This document shows, in pieces, positions 9,185-18,187 of a stretch of DNA of 64,000 bases. The position numbers and the translations under genes were made by a program. The DNA is from Nitrospirota bacterium (GTDB taxonomy: Bacteria; Nitrospirota; UBA9217): assembly GCA_963751455.1 (NCBI GenBank), contig CAVVUN010000002.1, positions 416,001 to 480,000 on the forward strand, read 5' to 3'. A model generated the notes under the pieces. It had not been told where the DNA came from, did not search any database, and saw only the letters and a list, made by a program, of their open reading frames with translations. The number at the start of each line of letters is the position of its first letter. Position 1 is the stretch's first letter.

Positions 9185-9940
9185 CTACTTTTCCCCCAGC
9201 AGGTTTATCCGGTGTGCGAGCACGCCGGCGCCGAAGCCGTTGTCGATGTTCATGACGGCCACTCCCGACGCGCAGGAATTGAGCATGGTCAGGAGCGGGG
9301 CAAGACCCTGGAACCCTGCGCCGTATCCGATGCTGGTTGGTACGGCTATAACCGGCTTGTCCACAAGTCCGCCTACAACTGAGGGAAGAGCGCCGTCCAT
9401 GCCGGCAACGACGATGATTACCCTGGCCCCGTCGAGAATGTCATGCTTGCTCAGCACACGGTGAATGCCTGCTACTCCCACGTCATAAACGGTTTGAATA
9501 GTGCTGCCGAGTGCGGCGGCCGTAACCGCGGCTTCCTCAGCCACCGGGATGTCGGACGTGCCGGCGGTAACTATGATGACCACGCCTTCAGTCGTCTTTT
9601 TCTCTTTGTGTTGAATGACTATTGCCCGTGAAGCCTGGTGATAGACCGCCCTCCGGTCAAGCTTTTTTACGGCTTTGAACACCGGTTCGCTCGCTCTTGT
9701 TGCGAGAATATCGCTCTTGTTCGCAAGCATGCGCTTTGTTATGCCGAGAATCTGCTCGAGTGATTTCCCTTCGCAATAGATGACCTCGGGCATGCCGTGC
9801 CGTAGATGGCGATGGTGGTCGATATGCGCGTACTGCAGGTCCTCAAACGGCAGCCGTTTGAGACGGTTGAGCGCGGTCTCGATATCGGTCTTGCCGCTGC
9901 GGACGTTTTGCAGCAGTTTTACGAGGTCAGCTGTGTTCAT
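9185..9940 (-). CDS. larB: nickel-pincer cofactor biosynthesis protein LarB
   Basis: PEVIYCEGK, TAGTSDIPVAEEA, DVGVAGIHR, AGMDGALPS, NIDNGFGA. Confidence 0.95.
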   Translation of the reverse strand: MNTADLVKLLQNVRSGKTDIETALNRLKRLPFEDLQYAHIDHHRHLRHGMPEVIYCEGKSLEQILGITKRMLANKSDILATRASEPVFKAVKKLDRRAVYHQASRAIVIQHKEKKTTEGVVIIVTAGTSDIPVAEEAAVTAAALGSTIQTVYDVGVAGIHRVLSKHDILDGARVIIVVAGMDGALPSVVGGLVDKPVIAVPTSIGYGAGFQGLAPLLTMLNSCASGVAVMNIDNGFGAGVLAHRINLLGEK

Positions 9941-9990
9941 AAAACGATTAATTGTCCTTATTAATAAAATGCCAAACGAGTCAACATATT

Positions 9991-10081
9991 ATCCGCAGAT
10001 TAACGCAGATTTCGATGATTAAAACCAGATATGATTTATTCTTTCTTAAAAATCTGCGCACTTCTGCGAAATCTGCGGATT
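9991..10081. repeat. CGCAGAT-family inverted doublet
   Basis: atccgcagattaacgcagat ... atctgcgcacttctgcgaaatctgcggat. Confidence 0.75.
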
Positions 10082-10155
10082 AATGCTTTTGAAGATTTCC
10101 GGCATTTTTGAGGGGCTTCCTCGTTAATTCCGTGTTTGCGTAATCCGCATTCGAA

Positions 10156-11157
10156 TTATTCGCCCCTGAGTTCACGGCTCATCAGGTCCTTTGCCGCCTG
10201 CTTCGGGCTCTTATTCTCGTACAGAAGCTGGTAAACCTCGTCAACGATCGGCATATCAACGTGGTATTTCTTGGCAAGTTCACGAGCTGCCTTCGCGGTC
10301 TTTACGCCTTCCGCGACGGTCTTCATTCCGGCCATGATATCGTGCAGCTTTTCTCCCTTGCCGAGCCGCGTGCCAAGGGTCCTGTTTCTCGATAATCCGC
10401 CTGTACAGGTGAGCACCAGGTCGCCCATGCCGGCCAGCCCCGCGAAAGTCTGCATGCTTCCTCCCATGGCAATGCCTAGACGGGCCATTTCAACCAGCCC
10501 TCGCGTAAGAAGCGCTGCCATGGTGTTATAGCCGAAACCCATGCCTTCCAGAACGCCGGCTGCGATCGCTACCACGTTTTTGAGCGAACCGGCCAGTTCC
10601 ACGCCGGTGACGTCTTGATTTGTATACACGCGGAAGTAAGCGTTGCTGAACACCTCCTGCACTTTTTTACCGACAGCGGGATTATATGATGCAAGCGCGA
10701 CGGCTGTGGGCATCTTCTGGGCCACTTCCTTGGCGAAGCTTGGTCCTGAAAGAAAGCAGAGACGTTCATGGAACTTCTTAGGCAGCACGTCCTTGAAAAC
10801 TTCCGAGAGCGGCATGAGCGTTTCGATCTCGATGCCCTTTGAAGCGCTCGCAAGCATGACGTCATGCCGAAGAAAAGGCGCCAGCTGTTTCGTTACTGCG
10901 CGCACCGTGTGGGAGGGGACCACTGAAAGCACAATCTGCATGTCCTTTACAGCGTCCTCGATAGAAGATGTCACCTTAATAGATTCAGGAAGCGTGAACC
11001 CGGGCAGGTAGACCTTGTTTTCGCGTGTTCGAGATGTTTCATCGGCCAAATCTGTTTCGTACATCCACAGAGTGACCTGATGTCCTTTGTCAGCAAGAAG
11101 CATGGACAGAGCCGTGCCCCATGCGCCTGCCCCGATAACCCCAATTTTGTCAGCCAT
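10156..11157 (-). CDS. gpsA: NAD(P)H-dependent glycerol-3-phosphate dehydrogenase
   Basis: GAGAWGTA, ASKGIE, SGPSFA, LKNVVAIA, GMGDLVLTC..SRN. Confidence 0.96.
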   Translation of the reverse strand: MADKIGVIGAGAWGTALSMLLADKGHQVTLWMYETDLADETSRTRENKVYLPGFTLPESIKVTSSIEDAVKDMQIVLSVVPSHTVRAVTKQLAPFLRHDVMLASASKGIEIETLMPLSEVFKDVLPKKFHERLCFLSGPSFAKEVAQKMPTAVALASYNPAVGKKVQEVFSNAYFRVYTNQDVTGVELAGSLKNVVAIAAGVLEGMGFGYNTMAALLTRGLVEMARLGIAMGGSMQTFAGLAGMGDLVLTCTGGLSRNRTLGTRLGKGEKLHDIMAGMKTVAEGVKTAKAARELAKKYHVDMPIVDEVYQLLYENKSPKQAAKDLMSRELRGE

Positions 11158-11467
11158 AGTCCCCATTGTCGTGCCGTCTCCCAGAGCAACGTTAACGCTT
11201 AGACCCATTATCGTACCCTTTCGCTGGAATACGCGAAAGGGGAATCAAGGGTAATCTAAGGAGAATCATAAACTCGTTATTGTACCCTCTCCCTGAGGAA
11301 CGGGAGTAAATCTTACCCCTTTGTTTACCCTCTTTCTTGGAAACGAAATAGGGGAATCAAGGGTAATCAAGGGCCATTATAAGGGTTGTCGGATTGGCTG
11401 TCAAAAGATTTGTGGATGCTTTACGCCCATCCAAATACAGGCGTAGGGCATATCCTCACAGGGAAGG

Positions 11468-11944
11468 TCACTCCATAAATTCATCTTCATAGAACACGTC
11501 GCGAGCCGGTAATGGTTCGCGGGAATGCACCATAAAGTGAGCTCCTTCCGGATCAAAAGCGCATTTCTGGGTCTTGTCTATTCGAAAACCTGTCCTTTTA
11601 TAATATTCCGGATCCCCGAGTATATAAACGGGTAGAGAAGTCCCGGCGATTTTAAGAGATTCTTTAATGATCTGCTGGCCCAAACCCTGTCGTTGTTTCT
11701 CAGGCAGAACAGCGATAGGTGCCAGATGATACCCTATCTTGATTTTACGGTCGTCATATGCTGTTGAATAGCAGATATAAGCTACCACCTTGCCTTTTTT
11801 CTCGATAATGAAATCAAAGGAAATCTTTTGGTGGTCTCTCAGCTTTTTTACCAGATTCGATTCCAGGATACTTGCGGCAAAAGCCCTGTCGAGAAGATAA
11901 AATATCTGGAGGTAATCGTTATCAGCGGGTCTCTTAATAATCAT
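11468..11944 (-). CDS. GNAT N-acetyltransferase
   Basis: LAPIAVLPEKQRQGLG, LGDPEYYKRTGF; start could be 11992. Confidence 0.85.
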   Translation of the reverse strand: MIIKRPADNDYLQIFYLLDRAFAASILESNLVKKLRDHQKISFDFIIEKKGKVVAYICYSTAYDDRKIKIGYHLAPIAVLPEKQRQGLGQQIIKESLKIAGTSLPVYILGDPEYYKRTGFRIDKTQKCAFDPEGAHFMVHSREPLPARDVFYEDEFME

Positions 11945-11994
11945 GGTTTGTAAAATAGAAATGCCGCGAAGGCCGGTAATTAAGGCCGTCATTC

Positions 11995-12384
11995 TTAGCC
12001 CACTGCGAACCGGGCGAATCCGGCGTGGAGTTCATGCACGTACACCATCTCACTGCCCAACATACGAGCTTTTTGCCAAAGCCGCTCCAGCAGCTCCGGA
12101 GTCGGCTCGCCGTAGATATCGGTCCTCAAAAGCTTGATCAAAGCGGCAAACTTGCGAAAAACAGGACCTGCCACCTTCATATGAAACTCTGCCGATGCCG
12201 AGTCAGGATGGACCTGGAAAACGGTCACTTGGGTGCGGTCCATATTGAAGAATACCTCGTAGGCAATCGTCTTCGGCTCGTTTGCCTCCACGAACCCGGC
12301 CAGTTCATTCATGGCCGTCTTGAGCTCCTCGATCTTTCCCTCATGGATCCTGGAGCTGTCTATAATAACGATAGATCGGGACAT
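11995..12384 (-). CDS. ABM-like dimeric alpha/beta-barrel protein
   Basis: GKIEELK..VEANEP.TIAYEVF..HPDSAS..FH pattern. Confidence 0.6.
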   Translation of the reverse strand: MSRSIVIIDSSRIHEGKIEELKTAMNELAGFVEANEPKTIAYEVFFNMDRTQVTVFQVHPDSASAEFHMKVAGPVFRKFAALIKLLRTDIYGEPTPELLERLWQKARMLGSEMVYVHELHAGFARFAVG

Positions 12385-12596
12385 TCTGGGCTCCCCAGTT
12401 AACCTGATTAAAATTTCGTTTGCTTGATCTAACTAATAGTACCACGAATCAATGCGGACGATAAATGTTCTCGAACAGTGTGTGAGAATGAAATTCCTAC
12501 GAAGAACACTTCATGAAGACTAAAGAAGTATTAAAGCGGGGAGGAGTCAAATGCGGTGCCACGTCGAGGACGAGGCTGTTCAGTGAGCGGTTCGCT

Positions 12597-13931
12597 CTAC
12601 CCGGCCTGACGACTGCTTTGCACAGCCTGGTACAAGCGCTGAACCAGGGCCTGATTGTAGCCATGGGATGTCATGTTGGCAGTAACCCTTCCTCTGATGT
12701 GAAGGCCGAGGAGGTAGAGGTCGCCGATTATGTCCAGTATTTTATGGCGCACGAATTCGTCGGGGTAACGGAGTTCGGTGTTGATGACCTTGCCATCGTA
12801 CATGATGATGTGAGAATGGAGGTAACCACCTCCGACCTTTCCAAGCTTCTGGGCCATTTCGATATTTTCAAACGTGTTAAAGGAGCGGGCAGGGGCTATC
12901 TCCTTTGCAAAAGAACTTTTTTCGGGATTGAATGTAAGGGTCTGTTCGCCTATGGGTGCAGGGTAATCGACCCTCATTGATACCTTGAACCCTTCAAAGG
13001 GCTCGGCATACAGATGCTTTTCATGCCTGTCCTCGTTTCCAACCGCTATCTTCTGGCGGATGACAGCAACCCTGGCGTAGGCGGACTGTTTCTCAACCCC
13101 TGCTTCTTCGATGAGATCGCAAAAATCCTTGGCGGAGCCGTCTATGTTCGGGATCTCTTCATCGACTTTTATAAGAGCGTTCGTTATGCCGTACATGGAA
13201 AGAACCGCCATCAGGTGTTCAATGGTGCGCACGCGCCGCCTGCCGTTGTCCAGCGTGGTGGAGTTCGCAGAGAAGGTCTTTGACGAGGCAGTCTGGGAAT
13301 AGTCCTCAACAGAGGTGATAAGTCCACGGATGGTTTGACCGTCAAGAGTCTGAAAGACAATCCCTTCATTGGTCCCGAGGGGGCTCAGGATGACACCTGT
13401 ATTTCGGCCGCTCAAAAGACCAATGCCGTTAAGGACCACATTCCCTCTGAGGGTGCGCTGACGTTGTGGGGAATCCACTACTTCAACGAGGCCGGGAGGT
13501 ATCGAAAGATCGGTGTTGACTATCTCAAGCCGCGTATCCGAGGGCAGGGTGCCCGCGCCGGTCCCTGAAGGCCGGTGCTTCAGGGCAGACTTCACCTTGT
13601 CGAGTAAAACCTCCAGGTGCAGCGGTTTTTCCAAAAAATCATAGGCGCCGGCCTTGATGGCGGCAACCGCCGCATCGATGCCGGCATGTCCGCTCATCAT
13701 GATGATAGGGAGTGCGGGAAATCGGTCATGCAGACGTTTCAGGAGCTGCATGCCGTCTATGCCGGGAAGCCAGATATCCAGCAGGACAAGAGAAGGCTCC
13801 AGTGTATCGAGCTTCTGCCAAAGGCTCTCCGCATCCGGAAATGAGACGGCCTCATACCCCTCGTCCTTTAGAATGCTCTCTACTGTGGAACAGATGGAAG
13901 CCTCGTCGTCTACAATACAGATAGGTTTCAT
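12597..13931 (-). CDS. lpxC: receiver-domain / UDP-3-O-acyl-GlcNAc deacetylase fusion
   Basis: REC (VDDE, LLDIW, MMSGH, FLEKP) then QRTL..GIGLLSG, TIEHLMA, EIPNIDGSA, EIAPARSF, DEFVRHKILD, SH. Confidence 0.92.
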   Translation of the reverse strand: MKPICIVDDEASICSTVESILKDEGYEAVSFPDAESLWQKLDTLEPSLVLLDIWLPGIDGMQLLKRLHDRFPALPIIMMSGHAGIDAAVAAIKAGAYDFLEKPLHLEVLLDKVKSALKHRPSGTGAGTLPSDTRLEIVNTDLSIPPGLVEVVDSPQRQRTLRGNVVLNGIGLLSGRNTGVILSPLGTNEGIVFQTLDGQTIRGLITSVEDYSQTASSKTFSANSTTLDNGRRRVRTIEHLMAVLSMYGITNALIKVDEEIPNIDGSAKDFCDLIEEAGVEKQSAYARVAVIRQKIAVGNEDRHEKHLYAEPFEGFKVSMRVDYPAPIGEQTLTFNPEKSSFAKEIAPARSFNTFENIEMAQKLGKVGGGYLHSHIIMYDGKVINTELRYPDEFVRHKILDIIGDLYLLGLHIRGRVTANMTSHGYNQALVQRLYQAVQSSRQAG

Positions 13932-13964
13932 ATCAGGTTTGTGTGATGTTCTCCGCGCTTAAAG

Positions 13965-14189
13965 TTAATTAGGGTAATATAGGGTAGGACAATGCAGGGC
14001 GTTTGTCAAGAACATGCTGTGCGGTTGTCTCGAACGGATAACAGCTCCTGATATTTCTTCATTAGTGAACCGGGCATGATTGATATAGTCTCCGGCATCA
14101 ATAATTGCATCGATCTGAGCTATTTTTTGATTTCCTTGAGCATAATTAGCCAGCAAGAACCAGGCATCGCTAAATTTGTAGACAGCCAT
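13965..14189 (-). CDS. short hypothetical, probable distal (truncated) cassette gene
   Basis: ATG just downstream of the attC at 14202-14255. Confidence 0.4.
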   Translation of the reverse strand: MAVYKFSDAWFLLANYAQGNQKIAQIDAIIDAGDYINHARFTNEEISGAVIRSRQPHSMFLTNALHCPTLYYPN

Positions 14190-14201
14190 AATGTGTCTTC
14201 T

Positions 14202-14255
14202 CTTTTACGTGCGGGTGTAGGGCGCGGTTCATAGCGTCCCACCCGCATGTTAAAA
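14202..14255 (-). other. attC-like site
   Basis: top strand TTTTAAC atgcgggtgggacgc..gcgccctacacccgcac GTAAAAG; R' degenerate. Confidence 0.6.
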
Positions 14256-14262
14256 TTTTGAA

Positions 14263-14562
14263 TTAGCCGTGCGATGCTTCGGCATGTAACTTCAAACCGA
14301 GAGCGCCAACGACTTTCAGAATGGTATCGAAGCCGGGACTGCGGTCACCCGAAAGCGCCTTGTAGAGACTCTCGCGGGAAAGGCCAGCATCCCGCGCAAC
14401 TTGCGCCATACCCTTGGCACGGGCTATATCGCCAAGCGCTTTTGCTATGAACGCTGCGTCACCATTGGCCTCTTCAAGACATGCTTCAAGGTATGCTGCC
14501 ATTTCCTCCGGAGTACGGAGATGTTCGGCAACATCGTATCGAGTAGTTTTGGTTTTTCTCAT
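14263..14562 (-). CDS. addiction-module antitoxin (HI1420-like HTH)
   Basis: YDVAEHL..AYL..ALGDIARAKGMAQVARDAGLSRESLYKALS..PGFDT. Confidence 0.92.
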   Translation of the reverse strand: MRKTKTTRYDVAEHLRTPEEMAAYLEACLEEANGDAAFIAKALGDIARAKGMAQVARDAGLSRESLYKALSGDRSPGFDTILKVVGALGLKLHAEASHG

Positions 14563-14571
14563 TGTTCCCTC

Positions 14572-14862
14572 CTACAGATTTCGTGCGAGGCTCAATGCCT
14601 TTTTGATATCGGCAGCTTGCGTGCGCTTGTCGCCACCAGCCAACAAAATGATCAATTCGCGTCCGCGCATCGTGTAGTGGATACGGTAACCAGGACCGTA
14701 ATCAATACGCAATTCAGATACGCCCTCGCCGACCGGACTGACATCCCCAGGATTTCCCGCCGCAAGACGTTCGACCCTGGCCAACACTTTCGCACGTGCT
14801 CGAATGTCGCGCAGACCATCGAGCCACCGGACATACGTTTCTGTTTTACGAATCTCGTACAG
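14572..14862 (-). CDS. RelE/ParE-family toxin (HI1419-like), apparent CTG start
   Basis: (L)YEIRKTETYVRWLDGLRD.RARAKV..GNPGDV.PVGEGVSELRIDYGPGYR..LLAGGDK. Confidence 0.85.
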   Translation of the reverse strand: MYEIRKTETYVRWLDGLRDIRARAKVLARVERLAAGNPGDVSPVGEGVSELRIDYGPGYRIHYTMRGRELIILLAGGDKRTQAADIKKALSLARNL

Positions 14863-14867
14863 GGCAT

Positions 14868-14896
14868 ATTGTAGCCAGAAGGCTACACATTGTCAA
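14868..14896 (-). promoter_or_regulatory. sigma70 promoter with operator palindrome for the TA cassette
   Basis: TTGACA-17 nt-TACAAT overlapped by TGTAGCC-N4-GGCTACA. Confidence 0.85.
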
Positions 14897-14920
14897 TTAA
14901 TATTCAAATTGAAATCAGAA

Positions 14921-15283
14921 CGGACCACGCTAAAGTTCTGGTTTTCAAATGATATCGTTCCAATAATAGGCATTTTCAAGGCTTAAATCCATCTTTTCAT
15001 GCCCCAAAATCGTACGCACAGGCCATAGCGTTTTTTAGCTTCAAAAAGCCATTGCAGCCAAAGCCGGCGATCCTTGTCAAACTTCAGCAAAAATTCCTTC
15101 TTATGACAGCGGTGCGTGATATGCCAAACATTACCGGGAATGTAATGCCGATTTGCCCGTGGCATCTTGCTTCTCTCATTAAAGCGTTCATTTTCCATCA
15201 AAAACAGCTTTCTAAGGTTAAAAATCAATCCGTTTTTTTTCAAGATTACTTTAGTTATAAGATATTTAGCTTGGTCCGACCCC
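14921..15283 (-). mobile_element. internally deleted Y1 (RAYT-like) transposase element with inverted ends
   Basis: N-terminus MPRANRHY..WHITHRCH from 15165 joined to the C-terminal tail; ends CGGACCACGCTAAA / TTTAGCTTGGTCCGACCCC. Confidence 0.75.
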
Positions 15284-15315
15284 TGACACCTGCCGATGAT
15301 TTGTGTTCGATAATT

Positions 15316-15981
15316 TTATCGTTCGCCTCGAGTGCGGAAGAGAAATTCCAGGTTCAGGTACGTGAACCATTCATCTACATCGTAATAGTTCGAGGAATAG
15401 GTATTGTTTATGTATCCTGCGCCGTCAAGCGAATAGCGCGTTATGCTGTAACCCGCTTTCAGCATGATGGTCAAGCCGGAAGAAAGATTGACGTTCATAC
15501 CGAGGGAAGGGCCCACTCCGAGCCCGGATCCGTCAAGATCAAAATCGGCCGCTTTTGAGGGTGCACCCTTGACCCTGTAAAAACGGATCTCGGGTCCCAA
15601 CCACATCCTGACATTATCGGAAACTTGCCCTCCAAAACCGAATGCATGGGACATGATCATGCCTGCCAGGTCGATATCGCTTGTAACCAGAGGAGTGCCG
15701 GTTTGGTTTCTGGCGATGAAATTCTTGGTGGTGAATTTATCTCTGCCGATTTCGAGATGGTAGTTGAAGATACGATCGCTTGAGAGGTTGGAGTCGAATG
15801 TTATTCCGAACGCCTTGTGTTGTGTATCAGTTGAAAATTTAGAAAAGGTATATTCGTCCTTCCAGTCCGCGGATCCCCTGCCAAACGATCCATATAAGCC
15901 CAAGCCGGCGGCGTCTGAACGGGACGCAGAGAATATAAGGATCATGGTGCACAGAAACAGCCATCCCGAATTTTTATTCAT
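15316..15981 (-). CDS. exported outer-membrane beta-barrel-like protein
   Basis: signal peptide, alternating aromatic/Gly strands, C-terminal LNLEFLF; AGGAGG RBS. Confidence 0.7.
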   Translation of the reverse strand: MNKNSGWLFLCTMILIFSASRSDAAGLGLYGSFGRGSADWKDEYTFSKFSTDTQHKAFGITFDSNLSSDRIFNYHLEIGRDKFTTKNFIARNQTGTPLVTSDIDLAGMIMSHAFGFGGQVSDNVRMWLGPEIRFYRVKGAPSKAADFDLDGSGLGVGPSLGMNVNLSSGLTIMLKAGYSITRYSLDGAGYINNTYSSNYYDVDEWFTYLNLEFLFRTRGER

Positions 15982-16061
15982 TTACCCTCCTTTTGAAATA
16001 AGAGCTTTGAATTTTTAAGTCAAGTGCAGATTCCGGTCAACCTTCGAGGAGAATGAAAATT

Positions 16062-17219
16062 TTACCAGGTGTAGCCGGCCGATACACCGAGGTTCAAATG
16101 AAATCCAGGGGTCTTATATCCTTCAAGGTTTCCATGACAATCGATTATTCCCGCCTGGACCTGGGGAAAGAGAATAAAATTCCGGTCCAGAGGCAGTTTA
16201 TACCCGAGATGCAAATTGTAGTCGGAAAAAACGCCTCGTTCCGTTCCAGACTGCTGATTTGAATCGGCTTTCCAGTTTCCGCGGATGCTCCATCTGCCCA
16301 GTCCCATCCCGTAATAGAGCCCTTTGAAGGGGAAATGGGTCGCGTAGAAATTAACACCCAGTTCCACTGCCGTTCCCCGTCCGTTTTCTTCGTACGTTGC
16401 TTTATGATATGTGTATCCTTGATAGCCTGCTTTCCCGTAAATAGTCGTGCGTTCAAATATTTTCCTTTCGAAAGAAACGTGTTGCGACCAACCATCAGTA
16501 CGTCGCCCCCCGTCAAAGGCAGCACCGATTATCAGTCCATTCTCGCGGCTGCTTGTGATCGAATCTTTGGGTGTGATCAGCTCCATGCCTTTTCTTTCTT
16601 CCCTAAGACGCTCGGCATTGCCGCCCGTGATCTGGAAGCTCGCTGCAGTATTGTTTTCCGGCAACTTGCGTTCAGCCTTCTCAGGAGTAAGAGTTGTTCT
16701 CCGGCCCTCCTCTGACAACACCTCTGCCGCTTCATCGGCAATTAAACGCGCTGCTTTCCTGGCCGCCGCCCGTCCGGAAACGCGCTTTACACGAGAATCG
16801 AAAACCTGGTCACCGCTTTTTTTGAAAAGGCGGAAACTGACCGCAATTTTTATCCTGGCGGTTCTCTCGACTTTTTTCAGATTGTATGCAAGAACATAGT
16901 CCGCGTCATCACTTCCTGACGCGAGGAATATCTTCCGGCCCGTAAGATATTCCTCGATTGATTCTTTGAGCTGCTTGTCGATCTCGAGTTCGCGATCGAT
17001 CCGGTCGTTATTCTCTGTCCTGATTGTCGTTTCGGAAACAACCAGAACTTTATCCTGTGCTCTTGCTTCATCGCCGTACGCTGACGAGTTCAGAACGATG
17101 AGACAGGTGGACAACAATAAACACCAGCTTGATGTACGCACAGTTTGCCTCCCTCTGCTTTTTATCGTGAAACAACGCGCTGGGGCCGCTATTCGTCGGG
17201 CCACCTCATTCGGCTCCAT
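16062..17219 (-). CDS. exported protein with C-terminal beta-barrel
   Basis: signal-like segment, barrel-like strands ending GVSAGYTW. Confidence 0.65.
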   Translation of the reverse strand: MEPNEVARRIAAPARCFTIKSRGRQTVRTSSWCLLLSTCLIVLNSSAYGDEARAQDKVLVVSETTIRTENNDRIDRELEIDKQLKESIEEYLTGRKIFLASGSDDADYVLAYNLKKVERTARIKIAVSFRLFKKSGDQVFDSRVKRVSGRAAARKAARLIADEAAEVLSEEGRRTTLTPEKAERKLPENNTAASFQITGGNAERLREERKGMELITPKDSITSSRENGLIIGAAFDGGRRTDGWSQHVSFERKIFERTTIYGKAGYQGYTYHKATYEENGRGTAVELGVNFYATHFPFKGLYYGMGLGRWSIRGNWKADSNQQSGTERGVFSDYNLHLGYKLPLDRNFILFPQVQAGIIDCHGNLEGYKTPGFHLNLGVSAGYTW

Positions 17220-17401
17220 TTATCATCCTTAGCGCTGGTTTGTTGCAGAAAAACCACAGGACAGTCACTTTGCAACACACAGTAGATACAAGCTTAGCGT
17301 ACTTTTTATTGATTTTTTAGGTGTTACCCACTCTATGGAATGATACTGATACTTTAGTAATGCAACTGATATGCCAATTGGAGATGGTTTATTTGGTGGG
17401 A

Positions 17402-17458
17402 TAAGCACGCGCCTGACGCGCCGCCTTTGACGCGTCGCGGTCGAGGCGCTGGTTGGAA
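17402..17458 (-). other. attC-like site
   Basis: R'' TTCCAAC, imperfect hairpin gcgcctgac..gtcgaggcgc; R' degenerate. Confidence 0.5.
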
Positions 17459-17470
17459 TCATTGGCCGTT

Positions 17471-17671
17471 TTACATTTGTCTTTTGTTGCTTTTGAACTG
17501 CTCTATTTGGTGTAAGTATTTCTTTGGTAATTCTTGACCTCTCATCCTGCGGGGGAGCAGCTTTTTCGGATTCCACCAAAGTTTATTCTTGATATGAAGT
17601 GTACTGCTGCAGACTATGCAATTTATTGGCATTCCAGGTCGAATAGGTATATTGATCACTGTTTTTTTCAT
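17471..17671 (-). CDS. small hypothetical cassette ORF
   Basis: 66-aa ORF (CxxC) lying between two attC sites. Confidence 0.35.
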   Translation of the reverse strand: MKKTVINIPIRPGMPINCIVCSSTLHIKNKLWWNPKKLLPRRMRGQELPKKYLHQIEQFKSNKRQM

Positions 17672-17710
17672 GGTATACCAATAATGGTCATGGGGGTTGA
17701 TCCCAACAGT

Positions 17711-17762
17711 GGCAAACATCGAGCGAGGGGCGCGGTTAGCGCCCCTCCCGCGCATGTTGGAT
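17711..17762 (-). other. attC site
   Basis: top strand ATCCAAC atgcgcgggaggggcgc taacc gcgcccctcgctcgat GTTTGCC. Confidence 0.7.
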
Positions 17763-17963
17763 TAGGTGGGGTTCCATTTGTAGGTAGGAAACTTCTGAAA
17801 TGTTTGCTTTCTCTTTAGCATGTTCAATCGTCATGCTGACAAGGTTGCCTTTTGCATCCAAGTCAATGTAGAGATTTTCTGAGATTTCCTTTGTTTCTAC
17901 CGCTGGGGTATCCGAAAAGTCGATAAGCGCCGTATCCGTATCTGAAAAATATCGTATTCTCAT
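17736..17963 (-). CDS. DUF2283-type antitoxin
   Basis: MRIRYFSDTDTALI..ETKEISENLYIDLDAKGNLVSMTIEHA; AAGGAGG RBS. Confidence 0.85.
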   Translation of the reverse strand: MRIRYFSDTDTALIDFSDTPAVETKEISENLYIDLDAKGNLVSMTIEHAKEKANISEVSYLQMEPHLIQHAREGR

Positions 17964-17965
17964 GT

Positions 17966-18163
17966 TTAATCCTCCTTAAAACTGCGGTCAAAAAAAGCGT
18001 TATGTACCGTTTCACCGTCCTCCAAGAGGATAACGCGAAGATATTTGCCTGTCTCTTCGATGAATCGCCATTTCTTTATTCTGCCGTCTGATTGAACCAC
18101 CGTTTTGACGGGTTCCTTAATCGTTTTCTCTATCCAGGGATCCGTGATGATTGCCCGGTCTGG
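17966..18163 (-). pseudogene. 5'-truncated DUF4258-like toxin
   Basis: manual translation PDRAIITDPWIEKTIKEP..QSDGRIKKW..GKYLRVILLEDGETVHNAFFDRSFKED; start replaced by Y1 element end. Confidence 0.7.
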
Positions 18164-18187
18164 AGGAGGTCATTGGGGTCAAATCTT

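Noticed and set aside
11200-11390. Structured RNA or tRNA upstream of gpsA
   Set aside because: It is a degenerate duplicated repeat (ggggaatcaagggtaatc twice) with a hairpin. There is no cloverleaf or T-loop consensus.
11468-13931. GNAT, ABM-like and REC-LpxC genes as additional integron cassettes
   Set aside because: They share the cassette orientation, but I could not find attC-like hairpins between them.
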